The translations under genes and the position numbers were made by a program. Positions 13,365 to 25,213 of a DNA stretch of 64,000 nucleotides are shown here, one piece after another. The DNA comes from Octopus bimaculoides. Taxonomy: Eukaryota. The stretch spans positions 27,655,112 to 27,719,111 of the forward strand of contig NC_068996.1 of NCBI RefSeq assembly GCF_001194135.2, written 5' to 3'. Positions within the stretch are counted from its first letter, which is position 1; each line of letters starts with the position of its first letter. The notes below the pieces were generated by a model. It made no database searches. It had not been told where the DNA came from and worked only from the letters and a program-made list of their open reading frames with translations.

Positions 13365-14164
13365 ATGTATATATATATATATATATATATNNNNNNNNNN
13401 NNNNNNNNNNNNNNNNNNNNNNNNNNNNNNNNNNNNNNNNNNNNNNNNNNNNNNNNNNNNNNNNNNNNNNNNNNNNNNNNNNNNNNNNNNNNNNNNNNNN
13501 NNNNNNNNNNNNNNNNNNNNNNNNNNNNNNNNNNNNNNNNNNNNNNNNNNNNNNNNNNNNNNNNNNNNNNNNNNNNNNNNNNNNNNNNNNNNNNNNNNNN
13601 NNNNNNNNNNNNNNNNNNNNNNNNNNNNNNNNNNNNNNNNNNNNNNNNNNNNNNNNNNNNNNNNNNNNNNNNNNNNNNNNNNNNNNNNNNNNNNNNNNNN
13701 NNNNNNNNNNNNNNNNNNNNNNNNNNNNNNNNNNNNNNNNNNNNNNNNNNNNNNNNNNNNNNNNNNNNNNNNNNNNNNNNNNNNNNNNNNNNNNNNNNNN
13801 NNNNNNNNNNNNNNNNNNNNNNNNNNNNNNNNNNNNNNNNNNNNNNNNNNNNNNNNNNNNNNNNNNNNNNNNNNNNNNNNNNNNNNNNNNNNNNNNNNNN
13901 NNNNNNNNNNNNNNNNNNNNNNNNNNNNNNNNNNNNNNNNNNNNNNNNNNNNNNNNNNNNNNNNNNNNNNNNNNNNNNNNNNNNNNNNNNNNNNNNNNNN
14001 NNNNNNNNNNNNNNNNNNNNNNNNNNNNNNNNNNNNNNNNNNNNNNNNNNNNNNNNNNNNNNNNNNNNNNNNNNNNNNNNNNNNNNNNNNNNNNNNNNNN
14101 NNNNNNNNNNNNNNNNNNNNNNNNNNNNNNNNNNNNNNNNNNNNNNNNNNNNNNNNNNNNNNNN

Positions 14165-14207
<43 letters not shown>

Positions 14208-15346
14208 TATTTAAAGGGCACAATACATGTCTAAGTGCTACTAATAGTTTCATATGTTGAGAAATACTCAAACCTATTCTTCAGGTGCAAACCACATATA
14301 ACGAACTAAAAAAATTGAATAATAGAAGAAACACCAAAAAATCCAGAAGGCAGCATATAGAAAACACAGAAAGTAAATAACAGAAGAAAAAAAAAACTGA
14401 AATGTAAAAAATAAAAAGTAAAAAGGTAAAAGAGCTATCCTCCTTAGATCTTAAATGATAAGGCTGGAAAGATATCAAGTCAGTCAGAGATAGGTGGAAT
14501 TTTCCAATTTTTCAAAATATATTGATACATATGCATGCAACCACAGAAAATTTATGACATAGAGTTCAATAGAGAGATAGGGATCTTAGATCTGAACAGG
14601 ATCTGCGCTCTTTTGGCCAAACAAAGCCTCCATTTATTCAATCCACTCACATAAGTTATGGGTTTCTCAATTATTTTCCATTTAATCATATGTGGTGTTT
14701 TGTTATCTTTCAAAGTCCATATGTAGACCTAGATTTTATCAGGCATGCAAAGAAAATACTATTGTTCAGTAAAGGATTAGCATGGGTCAAAAAGTCGCAT
14801 AGTGACAAACTATTTGATGTATCTATGGTGTCATATGATAGCGCCAATGTCTGTGATCTTGTGGGTTTATTTATATTGAACATATTGAGATATAGGTACC
14901 CATCTCATGACATTGGCCTATACCATGATGACAGTTTGGGTATTTCCCATGGATGTGATGGTCACACTCTTGGGAAAGATAGAAAGCAACTTATTTCTAC
15001 CTTTAATCAATTAGGACTTATAATTACAGTAGCTTCCAATCTCTCTATAGTTGATTATTTAGATGTTTCCTTAGATGTAAACTCCTCCTCATACAAACCT
15101 TTCTATAAGCCTAATGAGAAACTTGCACATATATATAAACAGTCCTGTAATATCTAAAAACCTGATAGCTAATATTAGTAACAGAGTGTCTAACTTCTCT
15201 TCTTCTAAAGAAATTTTCGAGAAAACTGCATCTATTATAACAAGGCCCTAGCCAATAGTGACTTCAAAGATAAATTAATATATAATCCCTCTAATAATAA
15301 TCAAAATATTAATAATAGATCTATTGGTATCAAAGATAATGTAATA

Positions 15347-16588
15347 TTGGGTCATCCCTTAAATAATGTGTTTTTTAAACTTCTTTTATTTTTCAAAATT
15401 AAGATAAACAAAGTTCTTTTTTAATCTAAAATATACTCTCCTTCATCTTCTGCAATGTTCTTCCATCTATCTGGTGGACTTGTAAGGCCCCTCTTCCAAA
15501 ATTCACTTGTCTGTGATAAAAAAAATACTTCTCCAGTACTGATCTGAACTCATCTACAGCATTCATACTTTCTCTGCCCAAATGATTTTGAAGACTGCAG
15601 AGTAATGATAATCAGATGGGGCAACGTCCAGTGAATATGGTGGGTAAGGCACTGTCTCCCATTCAAACTGCTCCAGCCTTTGGAATGTCACCCTTACTGT
15701 ATGTGGCTGAGCATCATCTTGATGGAAGAACACCTTTGTCTTGAAACCAAAGATGGCTATTTTTCTTCTAGTATTGACTTAAGCAGCTCAAGCTGCTCAC
15801 AGTAGATCTCGTTATCATTTGGTTTGGGTTCAAAAGTTCAAATTGGACTAAGCCTTTCATATCCCACCCACCAAACAGATAACACCTTATGTGGGTGAAG
15901 ACCTTCTTTAGCCTAGGGAACTGGTGTTTCTCCTTTCCCTACCCAGTCTTCAGTGCTTGACATTTTTATAGAGAACCTATTTCTCATCACCAGTCACTAT
16001 TTGGTCCAAAAAAGGTTCATTCATGAGATGTGACAGCAAAGAAGAGTACACATTTACCCACTTCACACGATAAGACTCAGAAAGTTTGTGAGGAACCCAT
16101 TGACCCAATTTGCTGACTCTTCCGATGGCACGCAGGTGTCGATGAATGGTTGAATGACCAAATTCAAGCTTCTCTCATTGTTCCTTAACAGTTATGATGG
16201 GATTTTGTTCCACCAGGGTTTTCAGGACAACCTCATCGAACTCTATAGATCTTCCAAGACAATGCTCGTCTTATAGGCTGTAGTTTCCAGCTTGGAATTT
16301 CTGGAATCACCGTTGAAACTGGCTTACGCATATTGTCCAATCCCCATATACCGCATTAATATTCCTCGCACTTTTCATTTCGTTGTTGCCTTTATTGAAC
16401 TCATAAAGCAAAATATGCCGAATATGTTCCTTTGTCACTTCCATTATAGCTTTAAAAAAAATAACTGTTAAAATTGAGCTGCACTCCTCAAAACTTGCAC
16501 TAAGAATAAGGACAAAGTAAAATTACTACCTGCTTTTATAGCAAGTTCATGCAATTGTAAAAACCAGATTATTCATGGGATGACCCAA
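15347..16588 (-). mobile_element. Full-length degenerate mariner nested in the Penelope element
   Basis: TIRs TTGGGTCATCCC(T/A)T(A/G)AATAAT flanked by TA on both sides. The minus strand encodes WVPHKL and PPYSLDVAPSDYH (YSPDLAPSD motif), with stops and frameshifts. Confidence 0.9.
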
Positions 16589-17497
16589 TACATAAACACT
16601 CTAGTATTAATCAGAATAGTAATAAGAAACCTAAAAATAGGTCAATGAAAATTATTTGGTTTGACCCTCACTTTTCCCTTAATATAAAAACTAACATAGG
16701 TAAAAGATTTCTATCTCTCCTAGACTTTCCAGCAACTCAGTCACAGGAAAATATTTAATAGATGTTCTGTGAAATTATCATATAGCTGCTGCCCTGATAT
16801 GAAGAGTATCATTACATGTGGTCAATACCAAGAGCTTAAATCCAGCTGCAACTGTCACAACCCAGGATCCTGTCTACTTGACCAATGATGTATGATTAAA
16901 TCTGCCATATATGAGGCAGAAGTTACTGCAACCCTAAATAATAATACAACAGATAAGAAGACCTACATTGGATTATGTGAAGTTGAATTTAAAAATCACT
17001 ATGCCAATCACATAGCTTCCTTCTGACAGAGATAAAAGTAAAGCTACTAAGTTGGTTAGCTACATATGGACTTTGAAAGATAACAAAATACCACATATGA
17101 TTAAGTAGAAAGTAATTGAGAAACCCATAACTTATGTGAGTGGATTGAATAAATGGAGGCTTTGTTTGGCCAAAAGAGTGCAGATCCTGTTCAGATCTAA
17201 GATCCCTATCTCTCTATTGAACTCTATGTCATAAATTTTCTGTGGTTGCATGCATATGTATAAATATATTTTGAAAAATTGGAAAATTCTGCCTATTCCT
17301 GACTGACTTGATATCTTTCCAGCCTTATCATTTAAGTCTGAGGAGGATACCTCTTTTACATTTCTACTTTTTACTTTTTATATTTTAGTTTTTGTGTTTT
17401 CTGTTTTTTACCTTCTGTGTTTTCTATATGCTGCCTTCTCAGTTTTTCGTGTTTCTTCCATTATTCAATTTTTTTAGTTCGTTATGATATGTGGTTT

Positions 17498-17551
17498 GCA
17501 CCTGAAGAATATGTCTGAAGTTTTCTCAACATATGAAACTATTAGTAGTGC
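17498..17551 (+). ncRNA. Minimal type I hammerhead ribozyme motif in the Penelope pLTR
   Basis: GCAC-CTGAAGA-ATATGT...ACATAT-GAAA-CTATTA-GTA-GTGC: conserved core, stem II, short near-palindromic stem III (ACTATTAGT), GUA triplet and 4-bp stem I. A decayed inverted copy lies at 14235-14288. Confidence 0.65.
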
Positions 17552-17647
17552 TTTATACATGTATTGTGACCTTTAAATAGATAATATTTATCTCTCACCA
17601 GATGAAGTACTTTTTTTGTTGAATTTTCTATCCCAGATCAGTACATT

Positions 17648-17737
<90 letters not shown>

Positions 17738-17944
17738 GCATGTAAATATAGGGTTGAAAAACCCAAACTTTGCTGGACAGAAAAGGTTGAAAGCTACCCA
17801 TAGTACTTGAACTCACATCTCCTGGAGACATGACTTTAGAAGATGTAGGTTTGTATCTTATGGGCAACCTTTGATTTTTTCTATACAAAAGGATTTTCCA
17901 CCCCAATATTTGCATGCTATCAATTTATAGCAAGTATAAAAGAG

Positions 17945-18140
17945 ATGAATTGGCAGAACCTTTAACACACTTGAGAAAATGTTTAGAAAATTTTGTCTGG
18001 GTTCAAATTCTGCAAAAGTCAACTTTGCCTTTCATCCTTTCAGAGTTGATGAAATAATTACCAGTTAAGCACTGAGGTCAATGTAATCGACTAGCTCTTT
18101 CCCCCAAAATTTTAGGCCTTATACTTTTAATAGAAAGGAT
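17945..18140 (+). mobile_element. ATT-tailed tRNA SINE
   Basis: Same family as 4177-4790 (GGTTCAAATTC, GTCAACTTTGCCTTTCATCC). Confidence 0.75.
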
Positions 18141-18291
18141 TATCTATAACATTTATGTACTTTGAGATCCAGCTCTGAAAAAGAATTATTTCACATTCTC
18201 CCAAAAGTTTATAAATTCTTATGATGTCAATATATANNNNNNNNNNNNNNNNNNNNNNNNNNNNNNNNNNNNNNNNNNNNNNNNNNNNNNN

Positions 18292-20170
18292 CACAAAAAA
18301 TACCTTGGAACAGAGAAACATTCTAAACATTGTCCATAGTTTCAGCAAGGACATCAGGATGAACATGGAGCTGGACAAATGTGCCAAAATGACACAGAGG
18401 AGAGACAAATTAATCAACACTGAAAATACTGCACTCAACATAGACACAGAAATCAGAGAATTAGACCAGCATTGCCCATACAAATATCTATGAATAGACG
18501 AAACAACTAAAATACAACACAGAAATGAAAGAGAAAATTAAGAGAGAACATTGCAGAAGACATAGACTAATATTAAACACTGAACTCAAAGCTAAAAATA
18601 AGATAATAGGGATAAACATGCTAGCCATACTAGTCATAAATTACAACTTCAACATAAACTGGAAAATCAGTGAATTGAGAAACCTAGATAGAAAAACCAG
18701 AAAACTATTAACAGCATACCAAAGTCACCACTCCAAAGCAGATGCAGATAGAATATATCTACCCTGCTCAGAAAGAGGCCATGGCCTGTTACAGATAGGG
18801 AACTATTATAAAATAACAATATTGGACTAGTAAAGTACTTAGAAACAAAAAGTGGAGGAATACTACATGTAATAAAGTAACTCGAGAAAAAGAAAACACT
18901 TTTCTCTATACACAAGGAGGCAACAAAATACAAAACAGAAACAAACTATACTGATACATTGACCTCAGATGACAACATAACAGAAATGGTCAAAGAGACA
19001 AAAAGCAATATGGAAATACAACTACAAAATATTCTACAGAAGAAATGGAGAGAAAAATCACTCCATGCCCAATACCATGCAAAGCTTGACAGAGAAGTGA
19101 GCCTCAGTAAAAGCCAACAATGGCTCAAAAGCTCTGGACAAAAAGCTGAAATGGAAGGACTGATTCGAACTGCACAAAATCAATGCCTGATTATGAACAA
19201 CAATAAAAGCAAAATAATATAAACAGGCTCTAACACCAAATGCACAATGTGCAACCAGCACAAAGAGACAGTTGACCACATCATCTCTGACTGTCTAGTC
19301 CTTGCGAAATCTGAATATATATGCAGACACAACTGAGTACATAGTTATATAGTTATACCCACTGGACAATATGCCAACACTACAACATAAAAACTGACAA
19401 TAAATGGTATAAACATGGTACAAGACAACAACCAGGCCACAATCATCTGGGATGTGCCTGTTCAATCTGACAAAGAAATAAAAGCTAATTGCCCAGACAT
19501 AATCAAGGATTGGAAAAAAACACCTGCTTACTGATAGACATTGCAGTCCCTTCTGGTCAAAATATTGTTCAAACAGAAGTGGAGAAATTGTCAAAGTACA
19601 AAGACCTCAAAATTGAAGTATTCAAGATGTGAAGCATGAAGGTGAAAACAATACCAGTAATAATAACTGGGGCATTGGGTATGATAAAAAAAAAACATAT
19701 GAATAAAAATGTAGAAGCTACACCTGAATCCTCAACACAATGCACTACCCCAAAAATTGCAAAAATAGCTCTACTGCGAACAGCCCACATCCTACACAAG
19801 GCACTATCAATTCAATAATACAACCTAAACAAAACAATCCACAAACACCAGACACACTCTATACAGCAAATATCCAATGAAATAAACTACCGCCAGCAAG
19901 CTGAATACCCAACACATTACACACACAACATACAATACAAACACTAATACAACAAAAGACTGCATCACACCAGAGAAAAGAAGAAGAAAAAAATAAAGAA
20001 ACTGATGCACTACAATACCAGGAAGAGTTTGCACACTCCCAACAACAAAAAAGAACACAATGCTGCACACACCCTAGCAACACAGAGGTGTAGCAGGTGA
20101 TGCAGTAGAAATTTGCCTGAAACTACCAAATGTTGAATAGTTATATGATAATAATAATAATAATAATAAT
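18292..20170 (+). mobile_element. R4/Dong-like non-LTR retrotransposon remnant (restriction-like endonuclease)
   Basis: Frameshifted ORF pieces LDKCAK, YKYL, ADADRIYLPCSERGHGL, CTMCNQHKETVDHIISDC (CCHC) and LLIDIAVP...EKLSKYKDL, followed by a 3' UTR ending in (TAA)n. Confidence 0.85.
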
Positions 20171-20172
20171 AA

Positions 20173-20400
20173 TATGCCCTGATGCAGTACCAGGCAGTGG
20201 CTCTCATGGCTTTTGATGTTAACTGATTGGAAGTGTTATCATGTACATTGTTTTGTCTTGGTATAAAAGATGGGCTACAGCAAATATTCTGCTCAATACC
20301 ACAGCTTTAGTAGTCATGATGGGTTTACTGGGCTTCATATATTTCACCACAGTGTCCCTTTGATGGTATGCACTACTCTCCCACTCAATAATAATAATAA
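20173..20400. mobile_element. Non-coding interspersed repeat flanked by (TAA)n, internally deleted copy
   Basis: Shares blocks with about 25760-25985 and 30275-30750 (GATGGGCTACAGCAAATATTCTGCTCAATACCACAG; CAGTGTC...CACTCAATAATAAT). Confidence 0.6.
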
Positions 20401-20638
20401 TCCAGCTAGTTATAATAACTGTGATGAGAATGGTAAAAGTAATAGTAGCACAAACCTTCTAACATATACAACTGTATTAGTTACAAGTATGCAACTGATG
20501 GGAGGCACCTCACCTGTTAATTTGACATTCATAAATGTTAATGTAAACTATGCAAGTAATAACTACAATAGATGCGTTGGTAATACCAACTGTGCACTAT
20601 ATCGTAATTTTCCACTGAGAAAATTGTAACTGTAATTT

Positions 20639-20998
20639 TGTAACTGTAGAAGATTAAATGAATGTCCCCTGGATAATAAATCCTTAACTAAAAATATAAT
20701 TTACAAATGTACTGTTATTATTGCAAATAATGTCTTTATATACATAGGTGATACTTTGAGATGCTTTAAGTCTAGATTACATAACCAAATACATACTTTT
20801 AGAGGAACGGATATAGCTACATCAATTTCTTTTGTGGCTAAAATATGTGAACTGAAGACAATGCACATTAATTGTGAAATATCATTAGATATGCCAAGCC
20901 TTTTGTCACTCATCATTATGGTTGCACCCTTAATTGTTTGGATGCTTATGAAATCCTGCAGTGTCAAAATAACCTTGTCAATAAATTTGAGGTATTAA
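20639..20998 (+). mobile_element. Second Penelope-like element, GIY-YIG endonuclease fragment
   Basis: Stop-free frame CNCRRLNECPLDNKSLTKNIIYKCTV...IYIGDTLRCFKSRLHNQ, the CxC...C...IY...YIG pattern of PLE endonucleases. Confidence 0.75.
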
Positions 20999-23091
20999 CA
21001 AGAAAATGCCCCCAATCCATCCATAGAACTTTCCTATATTATAAACCTATTCTATAACCCTATCTAGTGTGGAAGTTTTATGTAGAAATTATGTATTTTT
21101 TTACATAAATTATCCCATATTGAAAGTATTTACTCTAATTCAATAACTTGCACTCAATATCATTCTTCCTAATTGTCTATACTAAAATTATGTTGAATCT
21201 TGTAAACCAAGTAAATTGATTAGAATAATTAGAAGATTAAAATAAATAAATATATAATATAACCTGATCTAATCTAAGTCAATTAAATGGCTTTAATTTT
21301 TACTATTCTTGCATATCATGCTCTTAGTTGCAATTTTCTTGCTTGTTTATATTATCCTTTCATTAATTATATTGCCAGGATACTATCTCAATTGATATGT
21401 GGGTAGGAACGTATATCTGCATTATTGTGTATTTACAATCACTCACAACTAATATGTAGTATGTCAACATTATAAATTTTATAGAATTTTTAAATTTATA
21501 AATTTAGTAAATTTAATAAATTTATATTGCCTTTAACTTTCTACTCATTAATTTTCCTTTTTGCCCTTAAAAATTAAGTCTAATTCATAGTCTAATGTTA
21601 ACTAGCCTATATATATATTTTTCTTAACTTATCTTTTTCAACTTATCAGTGGTGCCCCAGCATGGCTGCAGCTCTCAAGCTGAAACTAGTAAAAGATAAA
21701 AGATATCATATTTTAACTTAAACTGACAGCATTCAAAATCAAACCTGCACATGCTTTTTCCTTACTTGAATCTATCTTTCTTATTACTTATTAAATACTA
21801 TCTTCATGGCTTTAGTCAATAACCTTTTGACAGTCCATACACTTCTTATATGAGTGTGTTTAGTATCAATCCTTATCCTTCTAGGAAGGATATTTTAGTT
21901 CCTCCAAGTATATCCCATTGCTGATTAATTTCTTTCTTTTCCTATCTTATTAATGTTTCATTCTCCTATTTTGTTAATTTTTTCCTTTCTCTCATCTTGG
22001 TAAATTAACTATATTTCTTATCAGCCTTTCCATTTATATGGATGTTGAAATTTTTTAACTTATATTCTACGAGTGTGAGCATGTATGGATGCATCCACTC
22101 ATATATGTGTATGAGTATGTGTATACATTTGTATGATTGAGTAGCCCCATATAACTTAAATTGCTAAACAGCTACACACAACTGCCTAGACATTTTCCTT
22201 GGGAACAGCACAAAGACAAGATACCAGAAAAGAACAAGTAAAAGGAATGGATAATTTTACCAAAATGTTATCTTCACAAAAATTTCTGCATCCCTAAATT
22301 TCTAATATGTAGAATGTATGACAAAAATGGTGAAAGATTCAAACATTTGGTAAATGAATGCAGTATATAAAATCAGAAAGAATATAGGCTGAAAATAAAT
22401 TAACAACTCCCCACCCATTTTCTCTCTCTCTCAACCGATAAATGGACAAACAGAGGGACAGAAAGATGGCAGATAGATTGGCAGATAAAAAGATAAATAT
22501 TGGTTCAATGCAAAGGAACTGGTTTATGTTGCTAGCACTTAAAAAGAAAGGAAGGAAAGAGAAAGAAAGGGAGGGAGGGAAGGAAGGAAAGAGAAAGGAA
22601 AGAAATAAAGAAAGGGGGAGAGAGAGAGAGAGAGAGAGAGGGGAAGAAACAAACAAAAATAGACAGGTAGGCAGGCAGACAGACAGACAGGCAGACAGGC
22701 AGGCAGACAGACAGATAGACAGACAGACAGACAGACAGATAGATAGATATCATCCTCCTTATCATAATCTTATATTCACTTTGGTTAAATGGGTGCACAC
22801 AGTCCAAGTCATTTCCCACTAGAAGCCATTGGTTAGGTGTTGGACAATGTTGAAAAGTTAACAATTCATGTTCCTATGTCTATGGTCAAGTCATTTGACT
22901 CTTGTTGGCTCAATTGACTTACAAGCAAATAGACACCATGAGTTGGTACAACATGCTATGTTACACATTTAAACCACTGTGTAATTAACAAGAAAACTGT
23001 GACACACTATTTTCTCTGATGCTTTTTCCAAGAAATATTCAAAACAGCACATAATATGCAAATGTAAGCTTCATCAAGCCTTGCCTTTAGT

Positions 23092-23123
<32 letters not shown>

Positions 23124-23571
23124 CACTCTGAAATCCTATTTACAGTACCACAGGACAGAATCTTCAGTTACCATACAACCTTCCCATCAGATCCAGAAAT
23201 TGGTACTGTGTGTACATGTGTGTGTGCATGTGCATGCATCTGCAACAGTCCAGTCTATGTTAAATCCATCAAGGAGGCGTACATTACCATATGAAGATAT
23301 TATTTCACTTGGAGGTGATTACACAGATACTACCAGATGATCTTAAAAGAAGCTTCTTCCATGTTACTGTACAAGTCCACTGCTCAGGCACACACATACA
23401 CACACACACACCAAAAAACTGGAGACAAGGCTCGATGGTGCTTACATTTGCATATTATGGGCTGCTTTGAATATCTCTTGGAAAAAGCATCTAACCAAAT
23501 AATATTTGTATGGTAGCCTTCTTGTTAGTTATACAGTGGTTTAAATGCTTAAATTTGTATGCTACAACCAC

Positions 23572-23895
23572 TCATCATCATCATTTAGCATCTGTTGTTC
23601 ATGCTGGGGGAGCAGCACCAGACTCCAGTCTGATTTGGGTTGGTTTTTATGGCTGGATGTCCTTCCTAACGCCAACCACTTTACAGAGAGTGCTTTTATG
23701 TGGCACCATCATGGGTGCTTTACACCACCAGAAGGATCATCTTAACACTTATGATGCAGGGTATGCATCTTCTTGAGTATGGCCAGGCACCAGGTATCTT
23801 GGTCCTTTTCAGGCATCTCACCTGAAAGATTCAGCTTCCTGAGGTCATTCTTCAGTACTTCATCCCATGTCTTCCTGGGTCTCCCACTTCTTACA
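23572..23895 (-). mobile_element. RTE LINE 3' end
   Basis: Minus strand reads GRPRKTWDEVLKNDLRKL, then a shortened 3' UTR and a (GAT)n tail. Confidence 0.7.
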
Positions 23896-23984
23896 TATTC
23901 CTATTTATTTGTAGGTCAACTGAGCCAACAAGAGTCAAGTACTTTGACCATCAATGAAGCAATTCATTTATTTTATTGTGCAGG

Positions 23985-24225
23985 TGTGGCTGTATGGTAA
24001 AGAAACTCACATTGCAACTGTGTGGTTTTGGGTTGAGTATTACTGCATAACACGTTGGTCAAGTATCTTCTACTATAGCTCTAGGCCAATGAATAAGTAC
24101 CGACCAGACGTATAAAAAAAGACCTATAAGTACTGGGGTCAATTTGTTCGACCAAAGAACCATCAAGGTAGTGACTTAGAATGGCCACAGTTCAATGACT
24201 GAAACAAATAAAAGATAAAAAATTT
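23985..24225 (+). mobile_element. CORE-like SINE with head joined to tail B
   Basis: GGTGTGGCTGTATGGTAA head and TTGGTCAAGTATCTTCTACTATAGC block, joined to tail B ending AATGACTGAAACAAATAAAAGATAAAA. Confidence 0.65.
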
Positions 24226-25114
24226 AAGTTGGGAGATTATTGTTGATTGTTTAGCCCTTGGGTCAACCTTGATGAAGCATATCTATAATGAAAAGGTTCC
24301 AACTATGATCATCTCATCATGTTTGCAAACAATGTATTGAAGGTCATCATCTTTCTTCTAGCGTCCTCCTTAAGATGTTAGGGTGTGGCTTGAGGAGCAT
24401 TCGACTATTTTTTTCAGCTGGTCAGACAACCATTAAATACAGGCCACCTCATTGACTTGCATGATATGTATGTGTGTGTTGTGTGTGTGTATGTGGAGAG
24501 TGTGTGGGGTGTTTGTGTCTGTGGGGAGACAGAGTGAGAGAAAAAGGGAGGAGACAGAGAAAGAGAGAGGAGAGAGAGAGAAGAGTGTGTGTGTGTATGT
24601 GTGTGTGTTGCGTGTGTGTGTTGCGTGTGTGTGTGTGCGTGTGTGTGTGAGTAGGCGTTCTTTTCTGCTTCATAATAGCATAAAAATTTGAGGTGAAAAA
24701 ACCCAGTTATTTTATGAAGCTAAACATTTACCTCTTTTGCACAGAGCAGAGAGAAGGAGGGAATGAACATATGTACACACACACACACACACATAAATAC
24801 TGACATACAGGTAAATAGGTGGATGCACAGCCAAACAGATATTATTAGCTAAGTTAGTAGCCAGACAAAAAGTCAAATAGGGAGAGAAAGAGACAGAGAG
24901 GTGAATAGAGAGATGAACAGAGACATAGAAATGGTGGTGGTAGTGGATGGATAAAAATGAGAAACTTCTTATAATCCTTCAAAATATGATATCCATTAGC
25001 AGTGGTTATGGTAAGTCACCTCAAACATTAAAAATATGTAAAAGAAAGAATAAAAAATGGAGTGAGAGAAGGAAAGGGAGAGTATGAAGAAGAGAGAAGG
25101 AAAAAGATAGAGAT

Positions 25115-25124
25115 GGAGGAGAGA

Positions 25125-25212
<88 letters not shown>
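25115..25212. repeat. (GA)n microsatellite
   Basis: Direct reading. Confidence 0.95.

Positions 25213-25213
<1 letters not shown>

Larger units (their letters stand above)
14201..17586 (+). mobile_element. Penelope-like retroelement (RT + GIY-YIG remnant) with inverted pseudo-LTRs
   Basis: RT: FDVSMVSYDSANVCDLVGLFIL...IGLYHDDSLG...DYLDVSLD...YKPFYKPN (about 14810-15150). GIY-YIG: IKSAIYEAEV...KTYIGLCEVEFK (about 16890-17000). 14201-14726 is the reverse complement of 17060-17586. Confidence 0.9.

Noticed and set aside
6487-14260. Long ORF-track entries rich in X (also 38657-39485 and 44094-44963)
   Set aside because: They are open only because they run through N-gaps and flanking microsatellites.
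21375-21420. Possible decayed hammerhead downstream of the second Penelope fragment (GAACGTA)
   Set aside because: The CUGANGA core and stems are not recognisable.
22790-23450. Complex-looking intronic sequence as exons of a nested gene
   Set aside because: No frame with consistent splice sites and a recognisable peptide was found on either strand.
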